From the IMG/VR virus record IMGVR_UViG_3300033475_000113, positions 1 through 30,939 of that record: a stretch of DNA of 30,939 bases. The stretch is one strand, 5' to 3'. Positions 25,023 through 30,939 of the stretch are shown piece after piece. The notes under the pieces are model-generated. The model made no database searches, had not been told where the DNA came from, and was given only the letters and a program-made list of their open reading frames with translations. The translations under genes were made by a program, and so were the position numbers. The number at the start of each line of letters is the position of its first letter. Within the stretch, counting starts at the first letter, position 1. Source of the DNA: a virus (Duplodnaviria > Caudoviricetes).

Positions 25023-25068
25023 AGGAAGGCTCAGCGACGCTAACGCTGAGCCTATCCTTTTCATTTTT
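25023..25068 (+). terminator. Intrinsic terminator
   Basis: AGGAAGGCTCAGCG-loop-CGCTGAGCCTATCCT followed by TTTCATTTTT. Confidence 0.82.
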
Positions 25069-25084
25069 CACTTGAGAGGGCACC

Positions 25085-25672
25085 ATGATCAAGCAACCCA
25101 TCACGTACCAGGACTACAACGGTGTCACGCGCACCGAAAACCACTACTTCAACCTGAGTATCGACGAGATCGCGGAGCTGCAGGGAACGGTGGGCGGAGG
25201 TGACCTGGAGACGCTCATGCAGATGATGATCGACAAGAAGGACATCGTCGGCATGATCGGCACCTTCAAGAAGGTCATGCAGCTCGCCTATGGCGTCCAG
25301 TCCGAGGACGGTCGGCGGTTCATCAAGACCCCGCAAGCCTGGGATGAGTTTCACAGCTCCAATGCCTTCAACGAACTGTTCTTCGAGCTCCTGACCGACG
25401 CCGAGAAGAGTTCCAACTTCATCATCGGCATGCTCCCCGGCGACTTCGACGCCAAGATGGCCAAGCTCAAGGCCGCTCAGGACGGTAGGAGCGTGACAGT
25501 CGAGGACGCCAAGCACGAGAAGTACGAGCGTACTGTCGACGACTACAGCCGCGAAGAGCTTCTCGAGATGGACCAGGAGTTGTTCAACAAGCTCGTCGGC
25601 ACCGATCCGGTGAAGATGGACAAGGCACATCTGGTCATCGCCATGCAGCGTCGAAGCCTCGGAAGGGGGTGA
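25085..25672 (+). CDS. Conserved hypothetical phage protein (195 aa), probably highly expressed
   Basis: GAGAGGG RBS; strong GC3 bias; ITYQDYNG...YFNLS and AYGVQSEDGRRFIK motifs. Confidence 0.8.
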   Translation: MIKQPITYQDYNGVTRTENHYFNLSIDEIAELQGTVGGGDLETLMQMMIDKKDIVGMIGTFKKVMQLAYGVQSEDGRRFIKTPQAWDEFHSSNAFNELFFELLTDAEKSSNFIIGMLPGDFDAKMAKLKAAQDGRSVTVEDAKHEKYERTVDDYSREELLEMDQELFNKLVGTDPVKMDKAHLVIAMQRRSLGRG

Positions 25673-25677
25673 GAAAC

Positions 25678-25770
25678 ATGAAGGTTGCATTTCACGTCAT
25701 CATGACGTTCCTGACCGGCGGTCTGTGGCTGATCGTCCTGGGTATCAAGTTCCTCGTCAAGAACAGCTAG
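25678..25770 (+). CDS. 30-aa membrane peptide, not in ORF track
   Basis: MKVAFHVIMTFLTGGLWLIVLGIKFLVKNS; GGGGGTGA RBS; high-GC3 codons; LTGGLWL motif. Confidence 0.72.
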   Translation: MKVAFHVIMTFLTGGLWLIVLGIKFLVKNS

Positions 25771-25931
25771 TCCTGCGAGTCGTGGGGAGTCAGCAATGCG
25801 TAGGGTCGTGATCATAGGGGTCTCCGACCTGAAATATTCCGGATGCTTGACTTATAAACGACAGCCGAAGGCGGATTGGCGACCTGGCGGTGGCGTCATA
25901 TCTGTAGAACATTGTGCCCTCCCTCGCAGGA
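25771..25931 (+). ncRNA. Candidate structured RNA or cis-regulatory element
   Basis: Closed by a perfect 9-bp inverted repeat TCCTGCGAG / CTCGCAGGA with several nested stems found by eye. No family recognised. Confidence 0.4.
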
Positions 25932-25967
25932 AATGCACAGCATATAATGAGACCCCCTACGAAAGGA
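25924..25967 (+). promoter_or_regulatory. Cassette promoter/RBS repeat, copy 5
   Basis: TCGC at 25924; TATAATGAGACCCCCTACGAAAGGA from 25943. Confidence 0.88.
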
Positions 25968-25974
25968 CCCCATC

Positions 25975-26151
25975 ATGAAAGACTACCTCAACAACCTGAA
26001 GCGTGCAGCTCAGGAGAACCCCGTTGCCGCCCTGGCAGTGGCAGCTCTGGCCGTTACCGCAACCGCCAAGCTGATCACCGCCATCGGTCAATACGAGGGC
26101 TCCCACGCCTACGCGAAGGACGTTGCCCGTCGAGTGAAGGCATCCCGCTAG
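25975..26151 (+). CDS. Small membrane-associated protein (58 aa), not in ORF track
   Basis: MKDYLNNLKRAAQENPVAALAVAALAVTATAKLITAIGQYEGSHAYAKDVARRVKASR. Confidence 0.8.
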   Translation: MKDYLNNLKRAAQENPVAALAVAALAVTATAKLITAIGQYEGSHAYAKDVARRVKASR

Positions 26152-26157
26152 AACCTC

Positions 26158-26188
26158 AAAACCAGGCCCCACAAGGGCTTTGGTTTTT
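26158..26188 (+). terminator. Terminator-like hairpin, CACAA-loop family
   Basis: AAAACCAGGCCC-cacaa-GGGCTTTGGTTTTT; the core GCCCCACAAGGGCTTT is identical to 23011-23026. Confidence 0.8.
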
Positions 26189-26191
26189 CTC

Positions 26192-26234
26192 TCGCGATTT
26201 CTACAGGGGGTATAATGAGACCCCTACGAAAGGA
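26192..26234 (+). promoter_or_regulatory. Cassette promoter/RBS repeat, copy 6
   Basis: TCGC at 26192; TATAATGAGACCCCTACGAAAGGA from 26211. Confidence 0.88.
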
Positions 26235-26239
26235 TTGAC

Positions 26240-26389
26240 ATGAAGGAAAAGCTCTTTCTGAAGCTGTTCCCCGTCGCCGTCGGAATCGTCGGTTCGGTCG
26301 TCATTGGCTACGTGGTCAAGGGCGAGCGACAGGTGATCAAGATGGTCGAGGACCGCTTCAGCAAAGCAACTGACATCATCGAATCGTAA
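26240..26389 (+). CDS. Small membrane protein (49 aa), not in ORF track
   Basis: MKEKLFLKLFPVAVGIVGSVVIGYVVKGERQVIKMVEDRFSKATDIIES. Confidence 0.8.
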   Translation: MKEKLFLKLFPVAVGIVGSVVIGYVVKGERQVIKMVEDRFSKATDIIES

Positions 26390-26395
26390 CTACTC

Positions 26396-26430
26396 GAAAC
26401 TCCGAGGCTAAACCTGGCCTTTGAGTTTTC
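26396..26430 (+). terminator. Terminator-like hairpin
   Basis: GAAACTCCGAGGCTA-aacc-TGGCCTTTGAGTTTTC, followed by TCTTT. Confidence 0.65.
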
Positions 26431-26449
26431 TCTTTCGAAACGAGGAAGC

Positions 26450-27094
26450 GTGGAAGATTTTCCTCCAAATAGTCATAAGGCCAGGATCACGCCGATCAGC
26501 GCGAAGGTTGAGCCGAAGCACGTCGAAAAGGTCGTCGAACAGGAAGTTACTCGGCGAAAGAAGCCTCTTGGCAAGCGATTGTTCGAGACATTTCTGGGCG
26601 GAGACGCACGATCGACCACGTCATATCTCGTGATGGAGGTGTTGATTCCTGCGGCCAAGGATACCATCACTGATCTGATTAACCAAGGTGCCGAGCGAAT
26701 GCTCTACGGCGAGAGTCGCTCGAGGAATCGTCGGTCTTCATTCGGCTCGAGCTCCACCGGATACGTTAGTTACAACCGATATTCAGCTAGCGCTGCGCCT
26801 GCTCGACGCGAAGAGCCACGTCAGCAGATGAGTCGCCGCGGGCGGGCTTATCACGATCTTGATGAGATCGTCCTGGGCTCTCGAGTGGAGGCCGGTGAAG
26901 TTCTGGATCGTCTCGAAGATCTTATCGGTCGATATGAGTCGGCTTCGGTTGGCGATCTCTACGATTTGGTCGGTGAACCCAAGACGCACGTCGACGAACG
27001 ATGGGGTTGGAAAGATCTTCGTGGCGCAAAGGTAGTCAAACTTCGCGACGAGGGTTTCGTTCTGGATCTTCCGAGACCCGAGACACTCGATTAA
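26450..27094 (+). CDS. Conserved hypothetical phage protein (214 aa)
   Basis: GAGGAA RBS; FPPNSHK, VLIPAAKD, ASVGDLYDLVG...WGWKDL and FVLDLPRP motifs. Confidence 0.8.
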   Translation: MEDFPPNSHKARITPISAKVEPKHVEKVVEQEVTRRKKPLGKRLFETFLGGDARSTTSYLVMEVLIPAAKDTITDLINQGAERMLYGESRSRNRRSSFGSSSTGYVSYNRYSASAAPARREEPRQQMSRRGRAYHDLDEIVLGSRVEAGEVLDRLEDLIGRYESASVGDLYDLVGEPKTHVDERWGWKDLRGAKVVKLRDEGFVLDLPRPETLD

Positions 27095-27103
27095 ATCTCA
27101 ACC

Positions 27104-27238
27104 ATGGGCGAACAAAAAGTCAGGGAAGCGGTCAAATCCGTATATCCCACGAAGCGATGGGCACGAAGAGTTGATCAGATGAGCGACGAGCAAGTTGTCG
27201 CCGTCTACATGCGTTTCAGACTACAAAACAAACTGTGA
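27104..27238 (+). CDS. Small hypothetical protein (44 aa), not in ORF track
   Basis: MGEQKVREAVKSVYPTKRWARRVDQMSDEQVVAVYMRFRLQNKL fills the gap between two genes; weak RBS. Confidence 0.65.
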   Translation: MGEQKVREAVKSVYPTKRWARRVDQMSDEQVVAVYMRFRLQNKL

Positions 27239-27247
27239 GGAGTCGAA

Positions 27248-28150
27248 GTGAACAAGCTCACGACCTTGAAAAACCTGGTCACAAGTAAGGTCGGCCTGCA
27301 GTTGCTGAGGGCCAAGAAGCATTCTCCGGCCGCCCTGTTCGTTGCGGGCACCGTCGGCATTGTCGGAACTGTAGTGCTCGCGTGCCGAGCCACTCTGAAG
27401 ATCGACGAGGTGCTGGACGAGCACAATGACCGGTCCGCGAAGATGGAGCTCAATCGCGGTTCGCTGGACTACACGGAGAGGGCCTTCCAGGAAGACCGGG
27501 TCAAGCTGTACGTCCAGACCTCCTTCAAGCTGGTCAAGCTGTACGGTCCGGCCATCCTCGTGGGTGCGGCGTCGATCGCGGCACTGACCGGTTCGCATGT
27601 GATCCTGAATCGCCGCTACGCGGGCGTCACCGCGGCTTACGCGGCGTTGGACAAGGCGTACCGGGAGTACCGAAGTCGAGTGAAGGATGAGATCGGTCTG
27701 GAGAAGGAGCGCGAGCTCTACTCCGGTACCAACTCTCGAGAGATCGTCGAGGAGACCGAAGAAGGCGCGGTGGTCAGGACGGTGAAGACCGCGGCCGGTC
27801 GTTCGCCCTACTCGTTTCTCTTCGACAAGGTTAACTCGGAATCGTGGTCGAAGGACCCGGGCTACAACCAGATGTTTCTCAGATCCAGCCAGAGCTACGC
27901 GAACGACTTGCTTCGGGCCCGCGGGTACGTGCTGCTCAACGACGTGCTCGACATGCTCGGCATCGACCGGACTCGTGCGGGTTGCGTGGTGGGTTGGGTT
28001 CTTGATGGCGGGAACAGCGACAACTACATCGACTTCGGCGTGTTCGACGGCGACGAGTGGAAGGCCATGCAGTTCGTCACCGGAGCCGAGAAGTCTGTCT
28101 GGCTCGACTTCAACGTGGACGGCGTCATCTACGACAAGTTGCCGGGCTGA
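27248..28150 (+). CDS. Conserved phage protein, DUF6353-like (300 aa)
   Basis: GAGGAG RBS; KHSPAALFVAG, KLYGPA, AAYAALDKAYREYRSRV, LNDVLDMLGIDRT...VGW and LDFNVDG motifs. Confidence 0.8.
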   Translation: MNKLTTLKNLVTSKVGLQLLRAKKHSPAALFVAGTVGIVGTVVLACRATLKIDEVLDEHNDRSAKMELNRGSLDYTERAFQEDRVKLYVQTSFKLVKLYGPAILVGAASIAALTGSHVILNRRYAGVTAAYAALDKAYREYRSRVKDEIGLEKERELYSGTNSREIVEETEEGAVVRTVKTAAGRSPYSFLFDKVNSESWSKDPGYNQMFLRSSQSYANDLLRARGYVLLNDVLDMLGIDRTRAGCVVGWVLDGGNSDNYIDFGVFDGDEWKAMQFVTGAEKSVWLDFNVDGVIYDKLPG

Positions 28151-28152
28151 TC

Positions 28153-28803
28153 ATGAACAGGTTCATTGTCGGCACCATCGTCGCTTCGACGTTGTCAGCC
28201 GGAATCGGATTGGTCTCCGGATACTTCTTCGCAAAGACTCGCCTCGAGAAGAAATACGCCGAAGAGCTCAAGAAAGAAATCGAGTACTCGAAGGCGTTCT
28301 ACGCAAAGATGCACAAGAGGGATGCGTACGAGACCCCGGAGAAGGCAGTCAAGGAACTCATTCCTGAAGAGGCCGTCGAAGCACTCTTGTCGTATCAGGG
28401 TCGAGAGACTGTTCGGGTCGACTACCATGCCATCAGCAAGGGCGAGCAAGTCGTCAAGAACATCTTCTCTGAGACCAGCTCTACGGACATCGAGCGAGAG
28501 ATCGCCAACCGAACCGAAGAAGCTCCCTACATTATCAGCCTGCAGGAGTACCAGGAAAACGAGAACGAGTACGACCAGTCCACGTTGACCTACTACGAGG
28601 CCGACCAAGTGCTGGCTGACGAGAAGGAAGAACACATCCCGAATGCCGACGACGTCGTCGGCGACAACAATCTCCCTCGATTCGGCCATCGTTCCAACGA
28701 TCCGGATACCTTGTACGTGCGCAACGACGCGCTCAGTATGGAGTTCGAGATCATTCGCAAGACCGGCAAGTACAAAGAAATCGTCCTGGGCATGACGGAC
28801 TAG
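28153..28803 (+). CDS. Conserved protein with N-terminal membrane anchor (216 aa)
   Basis: MNRFIVGTIVASTLSAGIGLVSGYFFAK anchor; acidic C-domain PYIIS..EY, LTYYEADQVLAD, LYVRND. Confidence 0.78.
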   Translation: MNRFIVGTIVASTLSAGIGLVSGYFFAKTRLEKKYAEELKKEIEYSKAFYAKMHKRDAYETPEKAVKELIPEEAVEALLSYQGRETVRVDYHAISKGEQVVKNIFSETSSTDIEREIANRTEEAPYIISLQEYQENENEYDQSTLTYYEADQVLADEKEEHIPNADDVVGDNNLPRFGHRSNDPDTLYVRNDALSMEFEIIRKTGKYKEIVLGMTD

Positions 28804-28812
28804 GACAACATC

Positions 28813-29343
28813 ATGAGCCAACCTCTGGACGAGTCATATTTCACATGGCTCTACAGCAAAGTGGGCTCGGTCAAAATCGCGAACCCCTCGAGAACTTATT
28901 GGGGGCTCCTGAAAAAACTCTACACGAAAGAGTTTATCTGGTTCGTCCCGAACGACGATAATCGCGCCGAAGACGGCCGGGCTCTACGACAAGAGTTCAT
29001 GCAAGAAGAGGGAATCGCCTCGATAGACGAGAACTGGATGCATTTGGGATGTTCGATGTTGGAACTTCTCATCGCGCTATCGAGGCGTATTGCCTTTGAA
29101 ACCGGCTGGACGCATTGGACGTGTTTCTGGGAGATGATGCATAATCTACTGTTGGACGAATATGACGATAGTAGAAAACTTCCGGAGCAAAAAGTCGATG
29201 ATATCCTGGATTGCGTCATCTGGAGAACGTATGCCGATGATGGAACAGGCGGTCTGTTTCCAGTTCGAGGCTGCAGAGACATGCCTAGCATGGAGCTGTG
29301 GTATCAAATGCAAGCATATATGATCGAGAACTACGGCTACTAG
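28813..29343 (+). CDS. Conserved hypothetical phage protein (176 aa)
   Basis: YFTWL, DDNRAEDGRALR, CSMLELLIALS, GGLFP and ELWYQMQAY motifs. Confidence 0.8.
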   Translation: MSQPLDESYFTWLYSKVGSVKIANPSRTYWGLLKKLYTKEFIWFVPNDDNRAEDGRALRQEFMQEEGIASIDENWMHLGCSMLELLIALSRRIAFETGWTHWTCFWEMMHNLLLDEYDDSRKLPEQKVDDILDCVIWRTYADDGTGGLFPVRGCRDMPSMELWYQMQAYMIENYGY

Positions 29344-29359
29344 CCCGAAGGGAGGATAA

Positions 29360-30939
29360 ATGGATTTCTTTCAAATCAACACGAGAGAGATCGAAACTGG
29401 CCGGAACAAGGGTCAGCTCGAGGTATATCCCGATTTCGTGGTTGGTAGATCGAAAGATCTCATGGTTCGCGGACGCGCGTTCTATGCGATCTGGGACGAC
29501 GGCGAGGGTTTGTGGTCTACGGACGAATATGACGTCCAACGTCTTGTAGACCACGAACTGGCTGAGTACTCCAAGAAGATGACCGCTGATGTTCACGTCA
29601 AGTACATGCGGTCGTTCGGTACCAACGGTTGGAACCAGTTCAGAAGGTTCATGAGTCAGATCAGCGACAATGCGCATCAGCTTGACGAGACATTGACGTT
29701 TGCGAACACTGACGTCAAGAAAACCGACTACGTGAGCCGTCGTCTACCGTATCACCTTTCTCCTGGTGATATCTCGGCGTGGAATGAGTTGGTCGGAACG
29801 CTGTATGCCCCGGAAGAAAGGGCGAAAATCGAATGGGCTATTGGTGCAGTCGTTTCAGGCGACTCCAAGAAGATCCAAAAGTTTCTTGTCCTCTACGGTC
29901 CTGCCGGGACAGGAAAGTCGACGGTTCTGAACATCATACAGAAACTGTTCGACGGATACACAGCGAGCTTCGAAGCCAAAGCACTAGCGTCGAATGGGAA
30001 CGCGTTCGCGACGGAGGTTTTCAAAAATAACCCGCTTGTAGCGATTCAGCACGATGGCGATTTGTCCCGTATTGAGGATAATACGAAAATTAACTCCATC
30101 GTCTCGCATGAGTGGATGACGTTCAACGAAAAGTACAAGCCCAGCTACGACGCGCGTGCCAATGCGATGCTGTGGATGGGTACGAACCAACCGGTGCGGA
30201 TATCCGATGCAAAGTCCGGCATTATTCGGAGGCTTATCGATGTTCATCCCACCGGAGAAAAATTGCACCCGAATCACTATCATACCCTCATGGGGAAGAT
30301 TGAGTTCGAACTTGGTGCAATTGCCCATCATTGTCTTGAGGTATACCGGTCGATGGGGAAGAACTTCTACAACACCTATCGACCACTCGAGATGATGCTC
30401 CAAACGGACATATTCTTCAACTTCGTCGAGGCGAACTTCGACATCTTCAAGGCTCAAGACGGCGCAACGTTGAAGCAGGCATATTCCTTGTACAAGGAGT
30501 ACTGTGAATCAACCGGAATCGAACGACCTCTCCCCCAATACAAAGTCCGAGAAGAACTCAGAAACTATTTCCGAGAGTTCCATGACCGGTCTAGCGTTGA
30601 CGGGGTGGTTGTTCGAAGCTATTATTCGGGGTTCACAGCCCATCCCTTCAAAGCTCCCATTGCCGACGACGCAGCCGTCTTCTCGTTGGTCATGGAAGAA
30701 ACCACGTCTATCTTCGATCGGGAGTACGCCGACGCTCCGGCCCAATTGGCTAAGGAGGATGGCACTCCGGCGAAGCGTTGGTCTGAGGTCAAAACGACGC
30801 TGGCTGAGATAGATACTTCACAACTGCATTTCGTAAAGGTTCCAGAGAATCATATCGTGATTGATTTCGATTTGGAAGGAGACGACGGTGAAAAATCTCT
30901 TGAACGAAATCTTGCAGCAGCTTCAGTCTGGCCACCCAC
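29360..30939 (+). CDS. DNA helicase (SF3/D5-like) - primase/polymerase fusion, 5' part, truncated by window end; not in ORF track
   Basis: GGGAGG RBS, ATG 29360 (MDFFQIN...). Walker A GPAGTGKS at 29897-29920; IQHDGD and WMGTN motifs; in-frame HIVIDFD prim-pol-like DxD near 30860. No in-frame stop seen. Confidence 0.85.
   Translation, partial: MDFFQINTREIETGRNKGQLEVYPDFVVGRSKDLMVRGRAFYAIWDDGEGLWSTDEYDVQRLVDHELAEYSKKMTADVHVKYMRSFGTNGWNQFRRFMSQISDNAHQLDETLTFANTDVKKTDYVSRRLPYHLSPGDISAWNELVGTLYAPEERAKIEWAIGAVVSGDSKKIQKFLVLYGPAGTGKSTVLNIIQKLFDGYTASFEAKALASNGNAFATEVFKNNPLVAIQHDGDLSRIEDNTKINSIVSHEWMTFNEKYKPSYDARANAMLWMGTNQPVRISDAKSGIIRRLIDVHPTGEKLHPNHYHTLMGKIEFELGAIAHHCLEVYRSMGKNFYNTYRPLEMMLQTDIFFNFVEANFDIFKAQDGATLKQAYSLYKEYCESTGIERPLPQYKVREELRNYFREFHDRSSVDGVVVRSYYSGFTAHPFKAPIADDAAVFSLVMEETTSIFDREYADAPAQLAKEDGTPAKRWSEVKTTLAEIDTSQLHFVKVPENHIVIDFDLEGDDGEKSLERNLAAASVWPP

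Noticed and set aside
22741-26234. The 24-25 nt repeats as a CRISPR array
   Set aside because: Spacing is ~270-1750 nt and irregular, the intervals are genes, the repeat contains a -10 box and RBS, and no cas genes are visible.
22745-26243. ATG inside TATAATG as the true start (MRPPTKG/MRPLRKD leader peptides in the ORF track)
   Set aside because: It is in frame with the downstream gene in only copies 1, 2 and 4, has no RBS, and overlaps the -10 element.
29285-30812. Short track ORFs in the last 1.6 kb
   Set aside because: All overlap the long unterminated + strand helicase/prim-pol ORF starting at 29360.
1-30939. tRNA, integrase, repressor or transposase genes
   Set aside because: None recognised by eye; tRNAscan-SE and HMM searches would be needed to exclude them formally.

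Overview
This window is the left ~31 kb of a tailed dsDNA siphophage genome from an actinobacterial host. All supported genes lie on the + strand. Gene order and content resemble the Streptomyces BI / Arthrobacter AM-AU-AW / Rhodococcus CC / Gordonia DJ type of actinophage (recognised from memory, not from a search). Bases 1-22.3 kb carry the virion and lysis module: HNH endonuclease, endolysin, terminase, portal, a fused protease-scaffold-capsid gene, two tail-tube paralogs, tape measure, baseplate genes and holins. Bases 22.3-26.4 kb are an accessory region built from six copies of a conserved cassette: a non-canonical promoter (TCGC exactly 19 nt before TATAAT) fused to GAGACCCC(C)TACGAAAGGA (leader plus RBS), then a small single-hydrophobic-helix ORF, then a terminator-like hairpin. 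This region also holds a ~160-nt candidate structured RNA. Bases 26.4-30.9 kb carry conserved hypothetical genes and the 5' part of a large SF3-helicase/primase-polymerase gene that runs off the window and is missing from the ORF track. Family names are from motif recognition by eye; no database search was run.
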